A DNA stretch of 64,000 nt, taken from assembly GCA_040755995.1 (NCBI GenBank), contig JBFMAF010000049.1, positions 1 to 64,000 of the forward strand, in the 5' to 3' direction. Source of the stretch: Acidobacteriota bacterium (lineage in GTDB: Bacteria > Acidobacteriota > CAIWXX01). The notes below the pieces were generated by a model. It did not search any database. It saw only the letters and a list, made by a program, of their open reading frames with translations, and had not been told where the DNA came from. Every line of letters begins with the position of its first letter. The first letter of the stretch is position 1. Below, in pieces: positions 40,506-49,568 of the stretch. The translations under genes and the position numbers were made by a program.

Positions 40506-40640
40506 CTACTTCAACTGGAACGGGACCGTATTGCTCTTCTTGCCTTGCACCTGCACGTAGACGCCGTAGGTCTTGCCGCTCTTGCACTGCGTCGGGATCG
40601 TCACGGTGAGCTTCTTTGCCGTCGCCTTCTTCACGGAGTC
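40506..40640 (-). pseudogene. orphan C-terminal remnant of a secreted protein (IPT/TIG-like tail)
   Basis: My translation VKKATAKKLTVTIPTQCKSGKTYGVYVQVQGKKSNTVPFQLK* resembles the C1 peptidase tail (...IQIPKRLKKG...GKKSNTFLFEIK*). Confidence 0.6.
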
Positions 40641-40645
40641 CGTTC

Positions 40646-43600
40646 TCAGTCCACGGCGCTGGACATGGCGCGCGCCTGTTCGAGCAACGGGGCGTAGTCA
40701 TGCCTCAGGAGGATGCTGTTCTGGATGGCGTGCCCCAGCTTCTCCGCGGCTTGCCTGGCGCATTCCGCCTTCACTACCGTTTGAGGCTGGGACCGCGCCC
40801 GCAGCAACTCCAACGTTCCGGCGATAGCCATCGCCTCCCACTGCCGCCGGTGCGCCTCGGTCGATCGCGCAGATGCGGCCAGGCCTTCGCGGATGTCCTT
40901 TTCCGGATGGAGGCCCTTGGTGAGGTCATACTCGGCCTTCCAGCGGTACAGGGTGGCGACCAGCGCATCCAAGCCGCCGTCGAGAGGGTTCAGCCTGAGC
41001 GCCGCCTGAAGATGATCGAGTGCGGATCGGAACGCGGGCTCCGGCGAACGGCCTGATTTCATAGCCCATCTGCCCGCGACGGTCTCCAGGATGGCGGCCT
41101 GCTGATGCGGCTGGTAGGCGGCAGGGGCTATCTCGATGGCTCTCTTGAGCGCCCGCCTCCCGGCCTCCAGGGAATCGCTTGGACTTCGATTCCTCTCAAG
41201 CTCACACTCCGCCTTGCACGCATTCATGCCGATCATCTCCGTGTGCATTTCCTGGAGGAGAGGCGCCGAGCCGGAAGCCGAATGCAGGCGGGAATCGGCC
41301 TGCTGCAGGAACGGTGTAGGATCCTCGCCCGTGGCGAGCGCGATCCGAGCCATGCGCGAGTAGACGATGCCGGTGTATGCCAGCGCATAGGGAAATTCGG
41401 GGCTGAGCCGGAGCGCCTCGGACAAGGCCTCCAGGCTCTGCGAGAGCATCCGCCGCGGATCTCTGCCCTGCTCAGCCTCGTAGTCGGCCTGTGCCATCCG
41501 GATCAGTGCCAGGTTCACATGGCTCATTCTGTTCGTCGGGTCTCCCTCGATCGCCCGCTGCAGGATGAGCGCCGCCTCGGATAGACACGAGGATGGATCC
41601 AGCCCGATCCTCAGCTGATGTTCGCCCAACACCCTCAGCCCATTCCCGAGCCGCTGAATCAGGAAGGGCTCGTTCGGTTCCCTTTCGAGCGCCTTGCGGA
41701 AACTTGAAATGGAAGACTCGAGTTGCGAACGTGCCATCCGGCCATGCTCATGAGCGTAGTATCCGAGGATGAGGCGCGCCATTCCGAGATCCAGGTACGC
41801 CTCGGCGCTGCCCGCATCTCTCTGGATGGCTTGCTTTGCCTGCTCCTCAGCCCGCTCAGAGGACTCTCTGGGATCCCGCCCGGTATCATCGCAGTACTGT
41901 GCCCACCTCCAGAGGACCGCGGACTTGCGCGCGTAGGGTTCCGCGCGATCCGGGTTGCATTGCATGGACGCGTCGCAGGCCCGCAGCGCACCGTCGAACG
42001 CCTCATTGTCCCCTTTGCCTCTGTTGTATTCGGCATAGAGGACCCGCTCCCACGTCCTCGCCTCCGCGTCATGAACCTCCGGATCGCTCCTGAAGATCTC
42101 CTGGCACACTCGATAACTCCCGATCGCCTGCCGGTAATCGGCCATGCTTCCGTTATGATCGCCCTTGTTCATGCGGTGGAGTCCCCTTGAGGAGTAGGCG
42201 TCGCCGGCGAGTTTCCGGGCGTCCGTCAACCAGGGACAAGCCGCATGCGCTTTCGCTGCCTTCGCGATGCATGACTCGTATCGGCCTTCGTATAGGTCGA
42301 TCAGGCCTTCGACGTACTCAGTGGAGACTCCCGGCTGGCCGGCGCTCGCTTTCAGGTAGGCGAGGGCCGGGTCGCGGTACCGTGATTGGGCATCCCGAAC
42401 GGCCTTCTCTCTCAACTGGGAGCTACCAGCGCGTTGGGCCTTCTCCAGCGCGCGCTGGTATTGGGCGCCGAGGGCCAGACCGAGGTTATATCCAAGCTCC
42501 GCCTCGCGGTATCCCCGGTCCCAGGCTCTCTCGAGAGAGTCGTACGCTTCGTCGTGCTCGTGAAGCAGCAGATGCGCTTTGCCCAGCGCGGCGTAGCCGG
42601 GGCCCTCGGCGAGCTTCCCGTCCACGCTCATCGAGCTCTCGATCTGCCTCAGGAGCTCCAGCACTCGCGCCCTCTCCGGACGGATGTCGTGCCGCGGGCG
42701 CATGTAGGCCGTGCGCATCGTCAGCTCGATCTCCTTGGCGCGCTGGCCGTATACCTGCGCGTAACCGGCGATGGCATCGGACTTCCACCGTGAGTAGAGG
42801 CCGGTTCCGAGAAGAAACAGTAGAATCATTGAAGCTGCTCCCGTGACTGCAAGCAGCGCCTTGTGCCGCTTCGCCTTCTTCTGCAGCCTGTGCCAGACCG
42901 AAGAACGGCGCGCCAGAATCGGCTCGCCGACCAGGAACCGTCCCAGTTCGTCGGCCAGCGCCTTAGCCGATTGATAGCGGCGGTCGGGCCCCTTTTCGAC
43001 GCACTTCATCACGATCGTCTCGATGTCCAGGGGGATTGTCGCGTCGATGCTGCGGAGCGGCTCCGGATCCCGCTCCGCCACGCTCCCTAAGATTGACATC
43101 GGCGGGCCTTCAAACATCGGCCTGCCGGTCAAGATCTCGTAGAGCGTCGCGCCGAGACTGTAGACATCGCTTCTGATATCCACTTGGCTCCATGCGCCCG
43201 ACGCCTGCTCCGGCGACATATACGCCGGTGTCCCCATGACGACACCTGTCGTCGTCATCCCGGGAGACGCGACGTCGCGCACGAGGCCGAAATCCATGAC
43301 GTACGGTTTCCATGTACCATCCTCCGCCCGCTCCACCATGATGTTGGTGGGCTTGAGGTCGCGGTGGATCAGACCGAGGCGATGCGCCGCGTTTACGGCT
43401 TCCGCCACCTGTTTCATCATGGTGACTCTCTGTTCGAGGGTCAGGCATCGAGCCGCCTGGGCGAGCGTCTGGCCGCTGATGTATTGCATGGCGATGTAGT
43501 GCCTGCCCTGCACCTCACCGACTTCATAGACTCTGCAGATGTGCTCGTGTTGCACCTGCGCCTGGGCCCGAGCCTCCTGCAGGAACCGCTCCACCTGCCG

Positions 43601-44047
43601 CTGATCATCGCCTCGCAGGAACTTCAACGCCACCGGGCGCTTCAGCACCGGGTCCACCGCCTTGTAGACTCGTCCCATGCCTCCTTCGGCAATGAACTCG
43701 ACGAGCTCGTAGCGGTCCCACCCAGCGATGAAGGCCCCCTTGTTATCGCCAGCAGAAAACCCATGAGGCACCCCGGTCCGCGCGGCGTCTGAGGTGAGAC
43801 CCGCGCCATCCTCCGATCCGCCCGCGAGGGCCGCCATCTCGCGCCGAAGCTGCACCATCCCCTGTTCAGCCGCCTTCTCAATGGGCGCATCAGGCACCTC
43901 GTGGCACGCCAGCAGCTCCTCTACTTCCTTCAAGAGGAACTCGTCCCCAGCGCATTCCTCGCGGAGGAATGCCAGGCGATCAGCGGAATCGATCTCTGCG
44001 GCCTTCTCGAATATCTCTTTGACGCGCCGCCAGCGTTCAGGTGTCAT
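40646..44047 (-). CDS. Hanks-type Ser/Thr protein kinase with a TM segment and TPR-like repeats
   Basis: MTPERW N-terminus, GGMGRVY, VALK, HRDLKPTN, DFG, GTPAYMSPEQ, DVYSLG. Confidence 0.93.
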   Translation of the reverse strand: MTPERWRRVKEIFEKAAEIDSADRLAFLREECAGDEFLLKEVEELLACHEVPDAPIEKAAEQGMVQLRREMAALAGGSEDGAGLTSDAARTGVPHGFSAGDNKGAFIAGWDRYELVEFIAEGGMGRVYKAVDPVLKRPVALKFLRGDDQRQVERFLQEARAQAQVQHEHICRVYEVGEVQGRHYIAMQYISGQTLAQAARCLTLEQRVTMMKQVAEAVNAAHRLGLIHRDLKPTNIMVERAEDGTWKPYVMDFGLVRDVASPGMTTTGVVMGTPAYMSPEQASGAWSQVDIRSDVYSLGATLYEILTGRPMFEGPPMSILGSVAERDPEPLRSIDATIPLDIETIVMKCVEKGPDRRYQSAKALADELGRFLVGEPILARRSSVWHRLQKKAKRHKALLAVTGAASMILLFLLGTGLYSRWKSDAIAGYAQVYGQRAKEIELTMRTAYMRPRHDIRPERARVLELLRQIESSMSVDGKLAEGPGYAALGKAHLLLHEHDEAYDSLERAWDRGYREAELGYNLGLALGAQYQRALEKAQRAGSSQLREKAVRDAQSRYRDPALAYLKASAGQPGVSTEYVEGLIDLYEGRYESCIAKAAKAHAACPWLTDARKLAGDAYSSRGLHRMNKGDHNGSMADYRQAIGSYRVCQEIFRSDPEVHDAEARTWERVLYAEYNRGKGDNEAFDGALRACDASMQCNPDRAEPYARKSAVLWRWAQYCDDTGRDPRESSERAEEQAKQAIQRDAGSAEAYLDLGMARLILGYYAHEHGRMARSQLESSISSFRKALEREPNEPFLIQRLGNGLRVLGEHQLRIGLDPSSCLSEAALILQRAIEGDPTNRMSHVNLALIRMAQADYEAEQGRDPRRMLSQSLEALSEALRLSPEFPYALAYTGIVYSRMARIALATGEDPTPFLQQADSRLHSASGSAPLLQEMHTEMIGMNACKAECELERNRSPSDSLEAGRRALKRAIEIAPAAYQPHQQAAILETVAGRWAMKSGRSPEPAFRSALDHLQAALRLNPLDGGLDALVATLYRWKAEYDLTKGLHPEKDIREGLAASARSTEAHRRQWEAMAIAGTLELLRARSQPQTVVKAECARQAAEKLGHAIQNSILLRHDYAPLLEQARAMSSAVD

Positions 44048-44428
44048 CGTTGCGCCTCTTCCAAGACTCGGCCCGAGCACGTCGATTCTTCCGTGGACTG
44101 GACGTCCTGCTTGCCGCTGAGTATACCACGATCCATGTGGGCGACACCGTCGGGGAAAGGCAGATCAGGCTGAAAGGCAGGAGGTGGGCGGGTCGGCGTT
44201 CGAATCCCGGCCAGGAGTCGGCGCGGCTGCAGCAGATGGGTGTCCGGTCAGCGCAATCCGGATGATTGAACCTACTGTCGGTATTGACTCGACGGAACTC
44301 GAGCAGTCGGCAGAGAGTGTAGACCGGCGGGCATCACCAGGACTGGAACCACGAGCCCTGGCGAGGCGCATTCAGCGGCCACGCCTCGCCAGTCTCGGTC
44401 GTGTCTCTGATTTCAGTCTCCGTTGTGA

Positions 44429-45280
44429 TCACACCCTCCGGCCATCCACGGGGAGCGTGTCGGAGCCGGCGAGCCCGGGGGCAACGGTCGGAGCGGCTGA
44501 CGGGCCAGCGGCACCGCCAGGGAGTCCTGGATCGCTTCGTCCTATCGTTGGAAACCCACCCATCATACCCGGAAGAGCGATTGCTCCCATCCCGGCTGAC
44601 AGACCGGCCTGGGGCATTGGGTCCACATCGCCGCCGGACTGAGTGCCGCCGGGTCCCGCGGTGCCGGGCCGCGGAATCGGCGCACGACCTCCTGTCCCGC
44701 TCAGACCCTCCCGCCGTTCTGCCGAACCACTCAGCACTTCCTCCACCGCTTTCTCGTCAGCAGGGCCGCCATGCAGATCCTCCGGTTCCACTCCCCCTTG
44801 CCCGCTCTCAGACCCGTCGGGCAGGTCATCCAACTCCTTCATCTGCGCCACGTCATCGGAACTGTTGTCGCCAGAGGCGCCGACGAGTTCCTCCACTCCT
44901 CGATCGGTGTCGCTGCGCGAGTCTTCCGGAGCTATACCGTCCTGGGCGGTATCCTCCGGTCCACCTTCCAGCTCCTCGCCTTCCACACCTGCTCCTGCAT
45001 CGTCAATCTCGTCCAGCTTCTCGCCAACCGCTGGAGCTCCCTTGGCAAAAGCGGGCGCACCGCGTGCGAAGTCGCCGAAGAAATTCGTCTTGGGCCTCTC
45101 GAAGTAGTCCCCGCCGTTCGGTGCCCTCACACCCCCACCTGTGGGCCGGTGGTTGTTGTTGATAGTGACGCCGACCGCGTCAGCCGCTCGGCTACCGCCT
45201 TTGACCTTCGTCGGGTCCACATGCAAGTGACTGTTGTTGATTGTAACCGCGATTGGCATACTGCCGTTGATCCTTGTCAT
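44429..45280 (-). CDS. low-complexity acidic, Gly/Pro-rich hypothetical protein
   Basis: Strong RBS AAGGAGG; duplicated VTINN.H motif. Confidence 0.6.
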   Translation of the reverse strand: MTRINGSMPIAVTINNSHLHVDPTKVKGGSRAADAVGVTINNNHRPTGGGVRAPNGGDYFERPKTNFFGDFARGAPAFAKGAPAVGEKLDEIDDAGAGVEGEELEGGPEDTAQDGIAPEDSRSDTDRGVEELVGASGDNSSDDVAQMKELDDLPDGSESGQGGVEPEDLHGGPADEKAVEEVLSGSAERREGLSGTGGRAPIPRPGTAGPGGTQSGGDVDPMPQAGLSAGMGAIALPGMMGGFPTIGRSDPGLPGGAAGPSAAPTVAPGLAGSDTLPVDGRRV

Positions 45281-45612
45281 GGTGTTCTCCTCCTTGAAAC
45301 CATTGACCTGCTGCCTTTCCGCGCCAGAATCATGAGCCGCCGGCCGGGTGTCCGGCTCGCCCGCCGCTGGCTCGCCTCACTTACCAAAGCGACAGCCGAG
45401 GCCGAAGTGGCTCAGGAAACCCGGCTGATGCAGAGACGCGGGCTGCGCAGCGCGACGGACGCGGCGATGTGGAGAGGGCTAGACTCGCCCACCAGCCTTC
45501 ATAGGCGGATCAGGGGTCCATAGGTGTCTGTCTATCTGTCTATTCCCCGCCATCCTCGTACTGCGAAGGGCATGCTATACTCGGCGCGGGATTGCCAATC
45601 CCGGAGGGACAG

Positions 45613-46191
45613 GTGGAGACGCCGCGCGAGCTCACCCAGGCACTGAATGACTGGATCAAGGGTGATCGGGATGCCCTCGCTGAATTCATGCCGGTCGTAT
45701 ACAACGAATTGCGCCGGATGGCGCGCCGTGCGCTCCGCGGCGAGCGTCCCCACCACACGCTGCAAGCCACGGCAGTGGTGAACGAGGTCTACTTACGGCT
45801 CGTCGGGCTGCGCCGCGTCAACTGGCAGAACCGGGCACACTTTTTCGCGATCGCGGCCGACATGATGCGGCGGATCCTGGTCGACTATGCGCGCACGCGC
45901 AATCGGGCGAAGCGAGGAGGTGGTGTGGAGCCTGTCTCGTTGGACGTCTCGATTGTCGTTGCCGAACAGGCGGGCCTGGACGTGATGGCGCTGGACGAAG
46001 CGCTCCGGGAGCTTGCCGGACTGGATCCGCGGCAAGGCCGCATCGTCGAGTTGCGGTTCTTCGCCGGGCTTGCGAACGAGGAGATCGCCGAGGTCATGGG
46101 TATCTCGGTGGCCATGGTGAAGCGCGAGTGGGTGACAGCCCGTGCGTGGCTGCACCGGCGTCTCCTCGGCATTCCTGTGCGGCAAGTCTGA
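45613..46191 (+). CDS. ECF sigma factor, TIGR02999 (kinase-associated) family
   Basis: VYNELRRMA, HTLQATAVVNEVYLRL, WQNRAHFF, MRRILVDYAR, RFFAGL, ARAWL; GTG start behind GGAGG; TGcTATACT upstream. Confidence 0.92.
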   Translation: METPRELTQALNDWIKGDRDALAEFMPVVYNELRRMARRALRGERPHHTLQATAVVNEVYLRLVGLRRVNWQNRAHFFAIAADMMRRILVDYARTRNRAKRGGGVEPVSLDVSIVVAEQAGLDVMALDEALRELAGLDPRQGRIVELRFFAGLANEEIAEVMGISVAMVKREWVTARAWLHRRLLGIPVRQV

Positions 46192-46269
46192 CAACGCGTG
46201 GGCCTCTGCACGACGCCTGAGCGCTGGCTGAGAGTGATGTAGGTACTCGATGCGGTGGTGCCTATTGTT

Positions 46270-47409
46270 CTACCAGTTCTCGGGGGCGTCTCCCAGCAGT
46301 CCGTCGCAGGTGAGGAGTTGCGGGCCGTTCGCTGTGCAGACGGCGTATCGCGCCGGCTTGCCTCCGTACGAGCCGTACATGCTCACGCCGGCGTGCTCAC
46401 CGCTGCGGCTGAGCACGTAGAAGCTCAGGCCGAACGCGGGATCACCCTGCCTGTTCTGAAGCCGCCTCTCGACCGTGTTGGCCCTGACACGCCGGAGCGC
46501 GTCCATGCCGGCGTCCTTGGGATGCATCCCGCGCCGCATGTTCTCGACAATCAGGAAGGACGACAGGTTGTACAGGTTGGCTTCGCCGCGTCCCGTCGAT
46601 CCGGCGGCTCCGACGTCATTGTCGACGTATAGTCCCGCGCCGATGATCGGCGAATCGCCGACGCGGCCGGGTATCTTCCAGGCGAGCCCGCTCGTGGTGG
46701 TGACGCCGGCCAGATCGCCGTTCGCGTTCACTCCGTCGCAGTTGATCGTTCCCCAGAGGTGGCGATGGTCGATGAGGCCTTCGGCCACCATCTGCAACCC
46801 GATGCGATAGAACTCGGCCGAACGCTTCGCCGGGTCAAGGTAGTGCTTCGGGTCGATCCGGCGCTTCCACTCGAGCCACAGCTTCCGCGAGTGCTCCGTG
46901 TTCAGGTCCGCTTCGATCGTGAACCCCATATTTCGTGCGAACGACTGGGCGCCGGCGCCGACAAGGAGTATGTGATCCGTGTTCTCCATCACGGCCCTGG
47001 CCACAAGCGACGGTGTGCGGACTCCTTCCAGCGCCGCCACTCCACCCGCAAGACGCTTCGGCCCGTGCATGCAACAGGCGTCCAGCTGCACGACACCGTC
47101 GGCGTTGGGAAGCCCGCCGTAGCCCACGCTGTCTTCCTCGGGATCCAGCTCGACGATGTTCACCCCCGCAACGAGCGAGTCCAGGACGTCGTCGCCCTGG
47201 GTGATCCGCAGAAAGGCCTCCTCCACGCCCGTCCTCGGGCCGCCGTTCTTGAATTCGTGGCCGTTGGCGCTTGCGATCACCACCGGCCTGGCGCTCTTCG
47301 GCATGTGTACCACCGGTGCTTCGGCACCGGCAAGCGGACCGGCAATGGCGGCGCCGATCGCAGCACCAGCTCTCTTTCCGAAGTCACGGCGTGTCAGTGT
47401 GTCACTCAT
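46270..47409 (-). CDS. Tat-exported glycosylasparaginase/isoaspartyl peptidase (Ntn hydrolase, asparaginase 2)
   Basis: TRRDF Tat motif, SVGYGGLP, GT nucleophile, GRVGDSP, STG.GE. Confidence 0.9.
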   Translation of the reverse strand: MSDTLTRRDFGKRAGAAIGAAIAGPLAGAEAPVVHMPKSARPVVIASANGHEFKNGGPRTGVEEAFLRITQGDDVLDSLVAGVNIVELDPEEDSVGYGGLPNADGVVQLDACCMHGPKRLAGGVAALEGVRTPSLVARAVMENTDHILLVGAGAQSFARNMGFTIEADLNTEHSRKLWLEWKRRIDPKHYLDPAKRSAEFYRIGLQMVAEGLIDHRHLWGTINCDGVNANGDLAGVTTTSGLAWKIPGRVGDSPIIGAGLYVDNDVGAAGSTGRGEANLYNLSSFLIVENMRRGMHPKDAGMDALRRVRANTVERRLQNRQGDPAFGLSFYVLSRSGEHAGVSMYGSYGGKPARYAVCTANGPQLLTCDGLLGDAPENW

Positions 47410-48128
47410 ATTGTGCCTGCTCCTTCCGTCGCACTCTCCGCCGATCCCCGCGGCCGCGCCGCAAGCATGCCGTCTTCGAGACAAAGCACGCGAGAGCAGC
47501 GATCCGCGAGCCTCTCGTTGTGCGTGACGATAACCGTTGTGAGTCCCCCGCGCGAGTGGAGTGCCTGGATCGTGTCCATTACGGCGAGCGCCGTGCGCGT
47601 GTCGAGGTTGCCGGTCGGTTCGTCAGCCAGCAAGATGCGTGGGCTCATGATGAGCGCCCGCGCAATGGCAACCCTCTGCTGTTCACCTCCGGAGAGCTCC
47701 GATGGGTGATGCCTCGCCCGCGCCTCGAGCCCGACCGTCCGCAAAGCCTCCTCCGCCCTCTCCATCGACTCCTTCCGGCTCCTCCTCGCGATCATGGCCG
47801 GCATCATCACGTTCTCTATTGCCGTGAACTCCGGCAACAGGAAATGGAATTGGAAAACGAAGCCGATCTCTTTGTTGCGGAAGTCCGCTCGGGCGTCGGG
47901 GGCCATGGCCGACAGCTCATGACCGAGTATCAGGACGCGGCCTCGGTCGGGATGGTCGAGTCCGCCTACGAGGTGCAACAGCGTCGATTTGCCGGCTCCG
48001 GACGGCCCCATCACCGCGAGGATCTCGCCCATCCGGGCCTCCATCTCCAGCCGCTCGAATACAGGCACCGGGCCCGCGGCAGGATGGTACGTCTTGGCCA
48101 GATCCGAGACTGAGATTGAAATGGTCAT
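47406..48128 (-). CDS. lolD: lipoprotein-releasing ABC transporter ATP-binding protein
   Basis: GPSGAGKST, GFVFQFHFLL, LSGGEQQR, DEPTGNLD. Confidence 0.9.
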   Translation of the reverse strand: MTISISVSDLAKTYHPAAGPVPVFERLEMEARMGEILAVMGPSGAGKSTLLHLVGGLDHPDRGRVLILGHELSAMAPDARADFRNKEIGFVFQFHFLLPEFTAIENVMMPAMIARRSRKESMERAEEALRTVGLEARARHHPSELSGGEQQRVAIARALIMSPRILLADEPTGNLDTRTALAVMDTIQALHSRGGLTTVIVTHNERLADRCSRVLCLEDGMLAARPRGSAESATEGAGTI

Positions 48129-49357
48129 TCGTATCGTATTGCTTCGGACGGGTCGAGGCGCGCGGCGCGCCGGCTGGGGAAGATGGTAGCGGCCAGGGTG
48201 ATGAGGAATGCCACACCGGCGATCGCCAGAACGTCGATGGCCCTCACCTTGAAGGGGACGTAAGGAATCTGGTAGATGTCGACCGGGATCTTGATCACCT
48301 GGTATTCGTTGAAGAGGTGGCAGGTCACGAGTCCGAGCAGGACTCCCATCAGGATACCCGCGCATCCGATCGTAACTCCATGGTAGAGGAAGACCTTCAG
48401 GATCGACCGGCGGCGGGCGCCCATGGACATGAGGATGGCGATGTCACGATTCTTCTCCATCACCATCAGGATGATCGTCGATATGATATTGAAGCTGGCC
48501 ACCAGCACGATCAGGGAGATGGTGCTGAAGAGCACGGTCTTCTCGATCTTGAGTGCCGAGAAGAGCGGCCGGTTGAGCTCCATCCAGGTCATCACGTAGA
48601 AATTGTGTCCGACGGCATCGCGGAGGCGGTCGCCGACCTCGGCGGCGGCATAGATGTCGTCGACGCGGACCTCGATGTACGTGCAGCGGCCCTCGATGTC
48701 GAAGAGGCGCTGGGCCACGTCCAGCGTTATGACCGCCGAGTTGGAGTCGTAGTCGTAGATGCCGGTGGAGTATATGCCACTGACGGTGAACCTCCGTACG
48801 GCCGGCAGGCTCCCGAACGGTGTAGTGTGCCCTCTAGGCACGTACACCTCGATAGCGTCACCTGGTGTGGTGCCCAGTGTGGACGCGAGCTCCTTTCCCA
48901 GCAACACGCCGGGGCGCGGGCCCGCGCTGGCCAGCTTCAGCGCGGCCAGGCTGCCCTGGATTATCTGCCTTCCGAGCTCGGATGCGACCCGGTCATCGCT
49001 CAGGTCGATGCCCTTCAGGAAGACCCCGCTCGTGCGCGTGGCGCTAGCCATCAGCACCGTTCCGTAGCCCACAGGCGTCGCGGAGACGACGTGAGTGGCT
49101 TCCCTGATTTTCTCTACAGCCGTAGAATAATCGGCGATGCCGGCTCCCAGGGCGTCGTACACGAGGACGTGAGCATTGGCGGCAAGGATCTTGCCCCGGA
49201 TCTCGTCGTTGAAGCCGGTGAGGAGGGCCAGCGCGATGACGAGCGCGGTGACGCCGACCGTGATCCCCGCGATGGAGATCATGGTGATGACTGCGATGAA
49301 CGCCTGCTTGCGGCGCGCGAGAAGGTAGCGGCGCGCGACAAACAGCTCGAAGCCCAT
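48125..49357 (-). CDS. lolE: lipoprotein-releasing ABC transporter permease (LolC/E family)
   Basis: FELFVARRYL, GVTALVI, IAIL.SMGA, AARLDP.EAIRYE. Confidence 0.88.
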   Translation of the reverse strand: MGFELFVARRYLLARRKQAFIAVITMISIAGITVGVTALVIALALLTGFNDEIRGKILAANAHVLVYDALGAGIADYSTAVEKIREATHVVSATPVGYGTVLMASATRTSGVFLKGIDLSDDRVASELGRQIIQGSLAALKLASAGPRPGVLLGKELASTLGTTPGDAIEVYVPRGHTTPFGSLPAVRRFTVSGIYSTGIYDYDSNSAVITLDVAQRLFDIEGRCTYIEVRVDDIYAAAEVGDRLRDAVGHNFYVMTWMELNRPLFSALKIEKTVLFSTISLIVLVASFNIISTIILMVMEKNRDIAILMSMGARRRSILKVFLYHGVTIGCAGILMGVLLGLVTCHLFNEYQVIKIPVDIYQIPYVPFKVRAIDVLAIAGVAFLITLAATIFPSRRAARLDPSEAIRYE

Positions 49358-49427
49358 CGCTTAGTACTGAACGCGTGCCGCGATTGGCAGCACGCAGGCT
49401 CGCGGTGACCACGGGGCTGGGGCGGCC

Positions 49428-49509
49428 GAAACGGAGAATCGGAGAAACGGAGAAACGGGGATGGACGTCAGGCCTTCTCCGTTTCCCCGTTTCACCGTTT
49501 CACCGTTTC
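49428..49509. repeat. inverted array of 8-bp units (GAAACGGA)n / (TCCGTTTC)n forming a long hairpin
   Basis: About four units per arm, between lysS and lolE. Confidence 0.7.
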
Positions 49510-49568
49510 GCACGCGGTAGGCGCCTGGTGGTATCGAGCAAGCTGTGTTGTTCTCCCACGCGCGTAGC

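Noticed and set aside
44190..44215. GTTCGAATCCC, resembling a tRNA T-loop or att site
   Set aside because: The flanks do not form a proper T-stem, and there is no cloverleaf or nearby integrase.
45340..45390. VRLARRWLA, resembling an ECF C-terminus remnant
   Set aside because: The match is too short to distinguish from chance.
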